UHGV virus genome: UHGV-0116964 | DNA length: 41,926 bases | Direction: 5' to 3' (one strand) | Source of the DNA: a virus | Shown: one piece after another, positions 8,652 through 16,610 of the stretch | Numbering within the stretch: the first letter of the stretch is position 1 | Layout: each line of letters starts with the position of its first letter | Translations under genes and position numbers: made by a program | Notes under the pieces: model-generated | The model's input: the letters and a program-made list of their open reading frames with translations, nothing else | Databases searched by the model: none | Told to the model about the DNA's origin: nothing

Positions 8652-9047
8652 CTACTCACCATCCCCCTTAATCCGCCGTCCCATGTACTTGGCGTACAGT
8701 TCATCGAGTTCTTTCAACCGTAGAGATACGATCCGCAACATGTTCTGTTGTTCTTCTTCGTTTGGGAGTTGATTATAGAGTTCCAACAGTCTCCGTTCGT
8801 CGTGTCTCAAACCGTCCTTAGCATCCACGTCCTGACCTAGAACCCACTCAAGACTTACGCCTAGCGCATCGGCAAGTTTTATTGCTGAGCTTTTTCCTAT
8901 CGCTCCTCTGACAAACCAGTTGTTGACTGATTGTGCGCTCACACCACAGATTCTCGCTATATCCGCTTTGGATATGCGCTTCTTCTCGATGATTTCATTT
9001 AACCGCCGAACCTGCGGGTTATCTGTTTGGTGTGTGTTTTTTCTCAT
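8652..9047 (-). CDS. Prophage repressor, DicA/RacR-like HTH (XRE family)
   Basis: 131 aa; N-terminal HTH (ISKADIARICGVSAQSVNNW); C-terminal LLELYNQLPNEEE resembles the DicA tail; divergent from a cro-like gene across operator palindromes. Confidence 0.8.
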   Translation of the reverse strand: MRKNTHQTDNPQVRRLNEIIEKKRISKADIARICGVSAQSVNNWFVRGAIGKSSAIKLADALGVSLEWVLGQDVDAKDGLRHDERRLLELYNQLPNEEEQQNMLRIVSLRLKELDELYAKYMGRRIKGDGE

Positions 9048-9080
9048 ATATCAAGATTCTAAACTAAAAGTTTATCGCCT

Positions 9081-9121
9081 CAACATTCATAATGTTGACT
9101 TGAACATAAACATAATGTTTA
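9081..9121. promoter_or_regulatory. OR-like operator pair with divergent promoters
   Basis: CAACAT-tcata-ATGTTG (about 9081..9097) and TAAACA-TAA-TGTTTA (about 9107..9121); TTGACT -35 at about 9095 for the rightward promoter; TAGAAT -10 on the minus strand 7 nt before the repressor ATG (near-leaderless). Confidence 0.55.
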
Positions 9122-9150
9122 ATTTGGTTCGTTATTACTTGGAGCCAAAT

Positions 9151-9384
9151 ATGAAAGCACTTGATAAAGCAATATGCATCGTAGGGGGTGCAACCCGTTT
9201 AGCAGAAAAGCTCAATGTATCCCCAATGACGGTCAGTCACTGGCGTCACCGTGACAATGGATTCGTACCGGCTAACCGTGTCATTCCTATTTTCAATGCT
9301 ACAGGTGTAACTCCACATGAGTTACGCCCTGATTTGTACCTCAACCCTACGGATGGATTACCGGCTCAGGAAGCGAGGGCATAA
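9151..9384 (+). CDS. Cro-like HTH regulator (YdaS-type)
   Basis: 77 aa from the ATG at 9151 (GGAG SD); MKALDKAICIVGGATRLAEKLNVS...GFVPA pattern; divergent from the repressor. Confidence 0.7.
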   Translation: MKALDKAICIVGGATRLAEKLNVSPMTVSHWRHRDNGFVPANRVIPIFNATGVTPHELRPDLYLNPTDGLPAQEARA

Positions 9385-9386
9385 CC

Positions 9387-9926
9387 ATGCAGTCACTATC
9401 ACTTCATCAAAATAGCGGATATCAAACGGCTGCGATGATAAATCGCAATCAACCTGTCTCGGTAGATAAACATGACCAGATCCGCGATGCCGTTCGTGCG
9501 TGGGCGGGTGTAGATGGTCAGGATGTCGTTTCTGCTCTGATCATCGAAGAGTACCAGGCTCAAGGGGGAGACGAGATCACTTTCCCTGATGACCTCAGCC
9601 GACAGCGTCAGAAGCTTTTCCGCTTTCTGGATAACCATTTCAACAGCGAACGGTACCGCGAAAACGTTCGCCAGCTGACTCCGGCAATCCTCGCTGTCCT
9701 GCCGATTGAATACCGCAATCGTCTGCTACCAGAAGACAACGTAATGGCTCGTCTGGCAAGGCTGGAGAAGGAAACCAGCGAAGCGAAGATTGCTGTCGCA
9801 ATGGATGCGCCACGTCATCAGAAGCTGAAAGAGTTGAGCGAGGGGATCGTGGAGATGTATCGCGTTGACCCTGGGTTAACCGGTCCGTTGATGGAAATGG
9901 TGCAGATTATGCTGGGGGCTATATGA
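9387..9926 (+). CDS. YdaT-like (CII-position) protein
   Basis: 179 aa; immediately follows the YdaS-like gene as in Rac; family assignment from memory only. Confidence 0.5.
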   Translation: MQSLSLHQNSGYQTAAMINRNQPVSVDKHDQIRDAVRAWAGVDGQDVVSALIIEEYQAQGGDEITFPDDLSRQRQKLFRFLDNHFNSERYRENVRQLTPAILAVLPIEYRNRLLPEDNVMARLARLEKETSEAKIAVAMDAPRHQKLKELSEGIVEMYRVDPGLTGPLMEMVQIMLGAI

Positions 9927-10010
9927 CCGGTTCAAAAATGGCGAAAGCCGCGGTGCTCGAACACCAACGGCTTTCAGGTGCAAAAACAGTGCGTAATTGC
10001 GGAGAACAGT

Positions 10011-10919
10011 ATGTCAAACACCGCTGAAATAATCAATTTCCCAAATAAAACCGAACAACCGGGAGGTCGTATGGCCGACCTGTCGAACGGGTATACCAAG
10101 GTCGCTAACGAGATCCAACAGCTTAAGCCTCGCCTGAGACTGTCAGGCCGGGAATGGCAATGTTTTGAGGCGGTGATCTGGCTTACCTACGGCTGGAACA
10201 AGAAACAGGACCGCGTGACAAATACGGTTATTGCCGAGCTTACGGGCCTGAGCGATACGCATGTATCGGACGCGCTTAAGTCTCTCGCAGAACGCAAAAT
10301 CATCTTTTCACAGAAGCAGGGCATGATGAAAATCGTCGGTGTAAACACTGACCTTTCAGCATGGATTTTAGACAAACCGGAAACGGGAAGAAAATTCCCG
10401 AAAACGGGAAAATCCTTCCCGAAATCAGGAATAACCTTCCCGAAAACGGTAGACACCCAATACAAGAACAAGAACAGTATTAAAAGATCTTCGTCCGAGA
10501 ATTCTGACGAATCCTCTGACGCACGTCTGAAGAAATTTTTATCAACTCATCCTGAAGCTGCGGTCTACACACCATCCGGTGCGAAGTGGGGCTCTGCTGA
10601 AGACCTCGAGACAGCTAAGTGGATTTCCTCCAGGGTGAAGCTGATTAACCCAACCTGCAAAGCCCCGGACATGACCTCCTGGTCTAACACTGTTCGCCTG
10701 ATGCGCCAGATAGACGACCGGTCGCACCAGGACATCTGCGCGCTGTATGACTGGGCTAGCAAACACCACTTCTGGCAGACCAACATCCTGAGTCCCGAAA
10801 GCCTGCGTAAGCAGTGGGACAAGCTGACAATGCAGCGTAACGCCGGAGGTGAGCAGCGCGCTGTCAAGCCAGATCTGGACTTCAACAACACTGACTGGGC
10901 CTATGGGGTGATCCGATGA
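10011..10919 (+). CDS. Replication initiator O (lambda O-like)
   Basis: Track ORF 9978..10919; from the ATG at 10011 (GGAGAA SD) the N-terminus MSNTAEIINF...ADLSNGY matches lambda O MTNTAKILNF...ADLDDGY; iterons embedded in the gene. Confidence 0.8.
   Translation: MSNTAEIINFPNKTEQPGGRMADLSNGYTKVANEIQQLKPRLRLSGREWQCFEAVIWLTYGWNKKQDRVTNTVIAELTGLSDTHVSDALKSLAERKIIFSQKQGMMKIVGVNTDLSAWILDKPETGRKFPKTGKSFPKSGITFPKTVDTQYKNKNSIKRSSSENSDESSDARLKKFLSTHPEAAVYTPSGAKWGSAEDLETAKWISSRVKLINPTCKAPDMTSWSNTVRLMRQIDDRSHQDICALYDWASKHHFWQTNILSPESLRKQWDKLTMQRNAGGEQRAVKPDLDFNNTDWAYGVIR
10377..10454 (+). repeat. Origin iterons: four copies of TTCCCGAAAACGGGAA-like units at 21-bp spacing, followed by an AT-rich stretch
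   Basis: Units at about 10377, 10395, 10416, 10437; encode the FPKTG peptide repeats in O; same arrangement as lambda ori inside O. Confidence 0.6.
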
Positions 10920-11605
10920 AATCTCTTGCAGAGCAGATGCGTAACCACGACCGCGAGCAGATGAGCCGCATGGCCCATAACCTGCCAGAGCAGTACCAGG
11001 AGTGCGCGCCGGTCGAGCAGGTGGCGCAGGTATTCAACAAGCTGTTCAACGAGCTGCGCGCCGCGTTCCCGGCCAGCATGGCGAACTTCCGCACCCAGGA
11101 AGACCTGAACGAATTCCGCCGTCAGTGGCTGCTGGCGTTTCAGGAGAACGGGATCCACACCATGGCTCAGGTCGATGCCGGCATGCGCATTGCCCGCCGC
11201 CAGGAGCGCCCATTCCTGCCGTCGCCGGGCCAGTTCGTCGCCTGGTGCAAGCAGAGCGGCGGCGCGCTGGGCGTCAACGTTGACCAGGTGATCGCCGAAT
11301 ACTGGGACTGGCGTAACCGCTCGTTCGAATTCATCTCCAGCGAGCAATTTCCATGGTCGCAGCCGGTCATGTACCACATTTGCGTAGAATTGCGCCACCG
11401 CAGCACCGAGCGCCAGTTAACGCATGGTGAACTGGCACGCGAGGCAGGCGATCTGCTGGACATGTGGGAAAGGCGCGTCACCGAGGGTAAGCCAGTGCCG
11501 CCGGTACGCCGGGCTATTGCCGCACCAGCTGCCGAGCAAGGGCCGACGCCGATCCAGCTGCTGCTGGCCAAGTACAACCGCAACAAGTCGAACGGGATGG
11601 TGTGA
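10916..11605 (+). CDS. Replication protein P (helicase loader, lambda P-like)
   Basis: 229 aa; MKSLAEQMRNHDREQM...RPFLPSPGQFVAWC is near-identical in pattern to lambda P; ATGA overlap with O. Confidence 0.85.
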   Translation: MKSLAEQMRNHDREQMSRMAHNLPEQYQECAPVEQVAQVFNKLFNELRAAFPASMANFRTQEDLNEFRRQWLLAFQENGIHTMAQVDAGMRIARRQERPFLPSPGQFVAWCKQSGGALGVNVDQVIAEYWDWRNRSFEFISSEQFPWSQPVMYHICVELRHRSTERQLTHGELAREAGDLLDMWERRVTEGKPVPPVRRAIAAPAAEQGPTPIQLLLAKYNRNKSNGMV

Positions 11606-11664
11606 CATGAACATAACAATCCGTGAGCAGGTGCTGGCAGCCCTGCGCAACAACCCAGGGTTGA

Positions 11665-11847
11665 ACAACGCCAAACTGGCAGGGCTTCCCGGAGTGGTAC
11701 ATCATCGATCAGGACTATCGGGGGCAGAAGTACGCGAAGGACAAGCAGGTTGCGCGTTGTGGCAACGCAGTTCCGCCGCCATTCGCCGAGGCACTGGTGA
11801 GGGCTAATTTACCGGAGCTTTGTCAGCAGAAAGAGATCGCAGCTTAA
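11665..11847 (+). pseudogene. C-terminal fragment of a C5-cytosine DNA methyltransferase (motif IX-X remnant)
   Basis: One frame reads ...NWQGFPEWYIIDQDYRGQKYAKDKQVARCGNAVPPPFAEALVRANLPELCQQKEIAA*, matching QGFPD...GNAV; no N-terminal catalytic part upstream (abuts P). Confidence 0.4.
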
Positions 11848-11946
11848 TGTCCGAGTTTCAGAACATGGTGTAACAAATCCTGCTACTTCAATGACGTAGA
11901 TTCAAACCTGATATAATTAGGCTCTTCACAACACGAGGAGCCTAAA

Positions 11947-12183
11947 ATGCACCATTACATGATCCCTATCAACGGAACTGTTCACCTGATCAAGACTGAC
12001 TCTCTAATCCCTGAAGGGACTGAGTATAGCTTTGAAGGAGAAAGTCTAATCTGCGCTCATGCCACTTTTAAATCTGGGACGTATGGCTTCCTGATACCAA
12101 AGGGAAATCAGTTGAATAGAGAGCATGCGTTCTGGCATGTAAGTGGAATTCACCCTAATCCCCTGGGAATGGATAAATCGTAA
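11947..12183 (+). CDS. Hypothetical 78 aa protein (AT-rich insert between the two methyltransferase-tail repeats)
   Basis: Track ORF; no recognised domain. Confidence 0.4.
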   Translation: MHHYMIPINGTVHLIKTDSLIPEGTEYSFEGESLICAHATFKSGTYGFLIPKGNQLNREHAFWHVSGIHPNPLGMDKS

Positions 12184-12299
12184 TCCATAATATGCATGCC
12201 ATCGTCCTGAACATACGGTGGCATGCATCCGGCACTACAACAGAAACGTTAAAGTGCAAACAATACAATTCGAGCAATATTCAACCTGTCACAGATGGC

Positions 12300-12428
12300 G
12301 AATACCACCGCCATTTCGTGCATTCTGTGGTTTCTATTACCCATTGCGTTAATGCTGTCCAATCATCAGCTCGCTGAGGCGCTGGTTAGGGCTAACCTAC
12401 AGGAGCTTTGTCAGCAGAAACAAATAGC
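12300..12428 (+). pseudogene. Second, frameshifted copy of the methyltransferase C-terminal tail
   Basis: The 3' ~55 bp (...EALVRANLQELCQQKQIAA*) is a diverged direct repeat of 11790..11847; upstream HCVNAV resembles GNAV but in another frame. Confidence 0.35.
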
Positions 12429-12452
12429 GGCGTAATAAAACATCGCTAATTC

Positions 12453-12480
12453 AACCCGCTACGGCGGGTTTTCTTTTTTT
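12453..12480 (+). terminator. Intrinsic terminator
   Basis: AACCCGC-TACG-GCGGGTT hairpin followed by TTCTTTTTTT. Confidence 0.7.
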
Positions 12481-12542
12481 ACTACTGACAGAAAATTAAC
12501 AATTTGTGCTCTTAAAGCGTTGATCATTTCCGCGCATAGGTA

Positions 12543-12562
12543 TACTGTATAAAAACACAGTA
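12543..12562. promoter_or_regulatory. LexA (SOS) box TACTGTATAAAAACACAGTA
   Basis: CTGT-N8-ACAG; overlaps a candidate promoter (TTGATC ... TATACT) about 20 nt upstream of the dinI-like gene. Confidence 0.7.
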
Positions 12563-12580
12563 AATGCAATGGGGGCCATT

Positions 12581-12814
12581 ATGAAAGTTGAATTAACCAT
12601 TGATCGCATGAAAGAACTTCCTAAAGGCGCAGTACCAGCACTGGAGAAAGAACTGCTTAAGCGCCTGAATGATCACTATGACAATTGCAGGCTCACAATC
12701 CGCCGTGCCGGGGCCGATGGGTTAAGTGTTTTTGGTGGTGACAAGGACGATAAAAAGAAAATTGAATCAATCCTCCAGGATACCTGGGAAAGCGCTGACG
12801 ACTGGTTTTATTAG
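12581..12814 (+). CDS. dinI: DinI-like protein
   Basis: 77 aa from the ATG at 12581; C-terminal ESILQDTWESADDWF matches E. coli DinI (SEILQETWESADDWF); LexA box upstream. Confidence 0.85.
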   Translation: MKVELTIDRMKELPKGAVPALEKELLKRLNDHYDNCRLTIRRAGADGLSVFGGDKDDKKKIESILQDTWESADDWFY

Positions 12815-12931
12815 AATTGCGCTTAAGGCTGGCGCGCATTTTTCAGAATACCGCAATTTGCGTAACCCTCTGATGCTGCTGCCGACAATCTTTAATCGCG
12901 TCTGTTAGTCGCTCGAAGGGAGAACATAAAT

Positions 12932-13180
12932 GTGAGTGATTCAGCTTTGCAAACGTCAGAAGACAACTGGTATGACATTGTAAGAAGGTCTGACGGCTGC
13001 GTGGTGTTTAGCTTTCCTTCATCGGGCAGGCATCTAATTTATCGCGTCAATGGCATGGTTTCTATGCGGCCTTTGCTGGATGATGAAGAGGTCTTTACTC
13101 CTAATGGTTTTATGCAGTTTATTCACCGTCTCGGCTACCGGGTAACCCCACCTTCTGATAATATGAAATCAACGGTCTGA
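12932..13180 (+). CDS. Hypothetical protein
   Basis: Track ORF (GTG start); no recognised domain. Confidence 0.4.
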   Translation: MSDSALQTSEDNWYDIVRRSDGCVVFSFPSSGRHLIYRVNGMVSMRPLLDDEEVFTPNGFMQFIHRLGYRVTPPSDNMKSTV

Positions 13181-13214
13181 ACAACCGTAACCTACTGCGC
13201 CACGGAGAGAAACC

Positions 13215-13814
13215 ATGGCGCACGAACTACAACTCATCAAGCATTCCTCAGGAATCCTGATCCCCGCTACGCCGGAGACCAGTGATTTACTGCAATCAAA
13301 AATCAAACTCGGCTCCGTACTGGTGGCTGAGTTCCGGCAGGTACGCAACCCGGCCTTTCACCGTCGTTTCTTCGCGTTACTCAATCTCGGTTTCGAATAC
13401 TGGGAACCCACCGGCGGGGCAATCTCCTCCAACGAACGCAAGCTGGTAACCGGCTATGCCAAGTTCCTTGCCTCATTCGCGGGAAGTGAAGCAGCACTCC
13501 TGGATGCTGCTGAGCAATATCTGGACCGCATCGCCGATAAGCGTACTGGTAGCATCTGCGCCTGTAAGTCATTCGATGCATATCGTGCATGGGTCACTAT
13601 TGAGTCCGGCCATTACGACGCCATTCAGCTGCCTGACGGCACCCTCCGCAAACATCCCCGCAGTATCTCATTCGCAAATATGGATGAAACTGAGTTCCAG
13701 CAGCTGTACAAAGCCGCGCTCGATGTTCTGTGGCGATGGATACTCTCCCGATCATTTCGCAGTTGTGAAGAGGCAGAAAACGCCGCCGCCCAGCTGATGA
13801 GCTTTGCGGGGTGA
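13215..13814 (+). CDS. Conserved phage protein of unknown function (nin-region)
   Basis: 199 aa track ORF. Confidence 0.55.
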   Translation: MAHELQLIKHSSGILIPATPETSDLLQSKIKLGSVLVAEFRQVRNPAFHRRFFALLNLGFEYWEPTGGAISSNERKLVTGYAKFLASFAGSEAALLDAAEQYLDRIADKRTGSICACKSFDAYRAWVTIESGHYDAIQLPDGTLRKHPRSISFANMDETEFQQLYKAALDVLWRWILSRSFRSCEEAENAAAQLMSFAG

Positions 13815-14020
13815 TGGCGATGAAATTTTCCTGGTTCCACCATCACGAATGCACCACCGAACAGGCCGACGAGCTGGTGGAGAAATACCGGGCGCGCGGT
13901 GTAAAGACAGAGCGCAGCCTGAATCGCGACAACATCACCTGGACCGTCAGCGCGCAATTGCCGGAAGGCGATAACGCGCCTCGCCCGAGCCGGGTATGGC
14001 AAAGCAAGGCGTGGGGGTGA
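13811..14020 (+). CDS. Hypothetical small protein
   Basis: Track ORF, ATGA-coupled to the upstream gene. Confidence 0.4.
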   Translation: MMAMKFSWFHHHECTTEQADELVEKYRARGVKTERSLNRDNITWTVSAQLPEGDNAPRPSRVWQSKAWG

Positions 14021-14022
14021 GC

Positions 14023-14313
14023 ATGGCAAATTTACGCAAAGAGGCTCGTGGTCGTGATTGTCAGGTTCGAATTCCCGGCGTCTGCAACGGTAACCCGGAA
14101 ACGTCTGTACTGGCGCACATTCGCCTGGCCGGGTTATGTGGCACCGGAATCAAACCGCCTGATCTGATTGCCACCATTGCATGCTCTGCCTGTCACGACG
14201 AGATCGACCGCCGTACACATTTTGTCGATGCTGAGTATGCTAAAGAATGCGCGCTGGAAGGTATGGCGAGAACGCAGGTTATCTGGCTGAAAGAGGGGGT
14301 AATCAAGGCGTGA
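14023..14313 (+). CDS. YbcO-like cysteine-rich putative nuclease
   Basis: ~96 aa from the ATG at 14023 (GTGGGGG SD); [13 protein letters not shown]...[11 protein letters not shown] cysteine pattern; sits just before rusA as in DLP12. Confidence 0.6.
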   Translation: MANLRKEARGRDCQVRIPGVCNGNPETSVLAHIRLAGLCGTGIKPPDLIATIACSACHDEIDRRTHFVDAEYAKECALEGMARTQVIWLKEGVIKA

Positions 14314-14672
14314 ATACTTACAACATCACATTGCCCTGGCCGCCGAGCAATAACCGCTACTACCGCCATAATCGCGGGCGCACGCACATCAGCGCAGAAG
14401 GGCAGGCATACCGCGATAACGTCGCCCGAATCATTAAAAACGCAATGCTGGATATCGGTCTGGCTATGCCTGTGAAAATCCGCATTGAGTGCCACATGCC
14501 GGATCGCCGTCGCCGTGACCTGGATAATCTGCAAAAGGCCGCTTTTGACGCACTCACCAAAGCAGGTTTCTGGCTGGACGATGCTCAGGTCGTTGATTAT
14601 CGCGTTGTGAAGATGCCCGTTACCAAAGGTGGAAAGCTGGAACTGACAATCACCGGGCTGGAGGCCGTATGA
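14310..14672 (+). CDS. rusA: Holliday junction resolvase RusA
   Basis: GTG start; [35 protein letters not shown]...[28 protein letters not shown] is near-identical to E. coli RusA. Confidence 0.9.
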   Translation: MNTYNITLPWPPSNNRYYRHNRGRTHISAEGQAYRDNVARIIKNAMLDIGLAMPVKIRIECHMPDRRRRDLDNLQKAAFDALTKAGFWLDDAQVVDYRVVKMPVTKGGKLELTITGLEAV

Positions 14673-14805
14673 CATTTGAATCCTGTTTTTCCGATCACCT
14701 CCGCGTTCGCTGGCAGCGGCTTCGCTTATACCACTTTCCCGGCTCTGTGCTAACGGACTACCGGATACTGAAGAATTACGTGAAAACTTATGCTGGAGAA
14801 GCGCT

Positions 14806-15588
14806 ATGAACCTTGAAAACACAGTGAAATACCACTTCGCTAAATCCACACTGATTAGCGATTCTCCGCGCGCTACCGCCTCCGATTCACTGACCGGTAC
14901 CGACATAATGGCTGCCATGGGCATGACGCAGGAACGCGCCGCAATGGGTTACAGCGCCTTCCTCGGCAAGATGGGCATAAGCAATAACGACCGGGATCGG
15001 GCGATCGGTCTGCTGGCTGAGTACGCGATGACAAAATGCGACAAGGTTGCCGCACTGCGTAAGCTCGGTGCCGCGGTTAAACCTCAGGTGATGCACCAGT
15101 TGGCCACCTTCGCTTTTGAGGACTATTCCCGCAGCGCTGCCAGCGTGAAGCAGTGCGATTGTTGTGACGGTCAGGGCTTCATTGAGGCTGACGTGTTTAC
15201 CAATAAATTCCGTAAGCCAGAAGGGAAAATGACCGTGTCCGGGATGGTGAAGGTCAAAGAATCCATCAAAGTGCTATGCAAAAAGTGTAATGGCTCTGGT
15301 GTGGTTAGTGCTTCTTGCAGTGATTGCCATGGGCGCGGCAAGGCAGTGAACCAGGCTCTTACTGAGAAACAGGGCGTTCCTGTTCTGGCTGACTGTAAGC
15401 GCTGCGGAGGGCGTGGGTATGAACGACTTCCGTCGACTGAAGCCTATGCTGCTGTATGCCAGATTACTGACGCCATTAGCCTGGACACCTGGAAAAAGTC
15501 TGTTAAGCCATTCTACGACCTGCTGATCACGAAATTTGATATCGAAGAGTCCTGGGCCGAAAAACAGCTTAAGCAGATAACGCGGTAA
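14806..15588 (+). CDS. Late-gene antiterminator Q-like protein with four CxxCxGxG zinc-finger repeats
   Basis: 260 aa; position between rusA and the lysis genes; followed by a terminator about 100 nt downstream. Confidence 0.6.
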   Translation: MNLENTVKYHFAKSTLISDSPRATASDSLTGTDIMAAMGMTQERAAMGYSAFLGKMGISNNDRDRAIGLLAEYAMTKCDKVAALRKLGAAVKPQVMHQLATFAFEDYSRSAASVKQCDCCDGQGFIEADVFTNKFRKPEGKMTVSGMVKVKESIKVLCKKCNGSGVVSASCSDCHGRGKAVNQALTEKQGVPVLADCKRCGGRGYERLPSTEAYAAVCQITDAISLDTWKKSVKPFYDLLITKFDIEESWAEKQLKQITR

Positions 15589-15687
15589 CGCCTATAGCGA
15601 TAGCCTATGATTTTGTCTTGGGCTATTTACTTTTCCCGAATCTGTGTTAATTTTGTCCCAACGATGGGTTAATGCCTTCGTTTCAAG

Positions 15688-15715
15688 CCCTGCGGATAAC
15701 ACCGTGGGGTTTTTT
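15688..15715 (+). terminator. tR'-like intrinsic terminator downstream of Q
   Basis: CCCTGCGG-ATAACA-CCGTGGGG (two GU pairs) followed by TTTTTT. Confidence 0.5.
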
Positions 15716-15792
15716 GCGTTTCTGGAGACAGCAATACCAAGGTTCGAGACATTCAGGTAAAATTGATGCATTACAGGATGTGAGGTTGGGGA

Positions 15793-16362
15793 ATGAATAA
15801 TCTACCCGATGATTACTTTTTGGATGCGGACGACGAACTCGTTGCTTTTCTGGAGAAGCAGGGCGAGGATTGTATACGCGAAATTCACCAGTCCAACGCA
15901 CTAAACAAAGAAAATGGCCAGAAGTTATTGAGTATACTCATTGCTGGCGTGGGCTCGTCATTTTTGTTATTAACGCAACGTACAGGTTTTGATTACCTCA
16001 CCGCTGGAATGTCTGTTTTTTTAGTCTACTGGGCAATGTGTGCGGCTTATCTTGTTCGCTGCGTCCTCGTTGTAAGGTCACGAGCTCTCGTGTCATCGAC
16101 ACCCTATGCGCTTTACCATGATGGCTATAAAGGGTTTACTGAAGATGATTACACTGGTTTTGAGTCGAAAGGATTTTCAGGAAAGCGTTCAACATTGAAC
16201 GTCTTGCGGCGCTACCGGCTTGCGGATTTAACCAGAATGGCTGAAATGAGTAAAAAAGAGAATGCCAGAATAGGCCGAGAACTAGAAAGGGTAAGGATCG
16301 CTACAATCCTCACCCCTGTTTGTGCACTTGTAATCTCAGTACTTACTTACCTTTTTTTCTGA
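15793..16362 (+). CDS. Cargo membrane protein (3 predicted TM helices) at the Q-lysis junction
   Basis: 189 aa track ORF; AT-richer than neighbours; no recognised domain. Confidence 0.5.
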   Translation: MNNLPDDYFLDADDELVAFLEKQGEDCIREIHQSNALNKENGQKLLSILIAGVGSSFLLLTQRTGFDYLTAGMSVFLVYWAMCAAYLVRCVLVVRSRALVSSTPYALYHDGYKGFTEDDYTGFESKGFSGKRSTLNVLRRYRLADLTRMAEMSKKENARIGRELERVRIATILTPVCALVISVLTYLFF

Positions 16363-16492
16363 TGTTTTCAGCAGAATCGGCAACAAAGGTATAACCTGTC
16401 CTCAGATTTCTTTCGGCTGGCTGTGGAGCCGGTTTAGGCTGTGGTGCGGGTTGAGGCTTATTTTCTCCAGATGGTTTGTTTGATTCACTCAT
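16343..16492 (-). CDS. Small proline-rich ORF (49 aa), antisense, absent from the ORF track
   Basis: My translation: MSESNKPSGENKPQPAPQPKPAPQPAERNLRTGYTFVADSAENIRKKGK; GGAGAA SD 5 nt upstream; 3' end overlaps the 189 aa gene. Confidence 0.35.
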   Translation of the reverse strand: MSESNKPSGENKPQPAPQPKPAPQPAERNLRTGYTFVADSAENIRKKGK

Positions 16493-16584
16493 ATAATTCT
16501 CCATGTTTGATAGGGTTATTTTTGGCGATTTAACGATATCAAATACAGTGATTTGCTGCTAGAGCATGCACTTATCTATAACTC

Positions 16585-16610
16585 GCCCCGGCACCCGCTG
16601 GGGCTTTTTT
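16585..16610 (+). terminator. Intrinsic terminator
   Basis: GCCCCGG-CACCCG-CTGGGGC hairpin followed by TTTTTT. Confidence 0.55.

Noticed and set aside
10377-10454. Possible CRISPR-like array of short repeats
   Set aside because: Only four units with 21-bp periodicity and no unique spacers, inside a coding region; they fit replication-origin iterons.
10187-11705. Antisense and alternative-frame ORFs across the O and P genes
   Set aside because: O and P are strongly supported by similarity to the lambda proteins; the overlapping ORFs are Arg/Ala/Pro-rich frame artefacts.
12046-12377. Two ORFs beginning MHA.V..RWHA on opposite strands (12046..12228 minus, 12192..12377 plus)
   Set aside because: Both start inside the 13-bp palindrome, so the mirrored N-termini are a consequence of the inverted repeat, not evidence of genes.
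15683-15901. Minus-strand 72-aa ORF overlapping the Q-downstream terminator region
   Set aside because: Overlaps a terminator hairpin and the start of a + strand gene; no SD; likely spurious.
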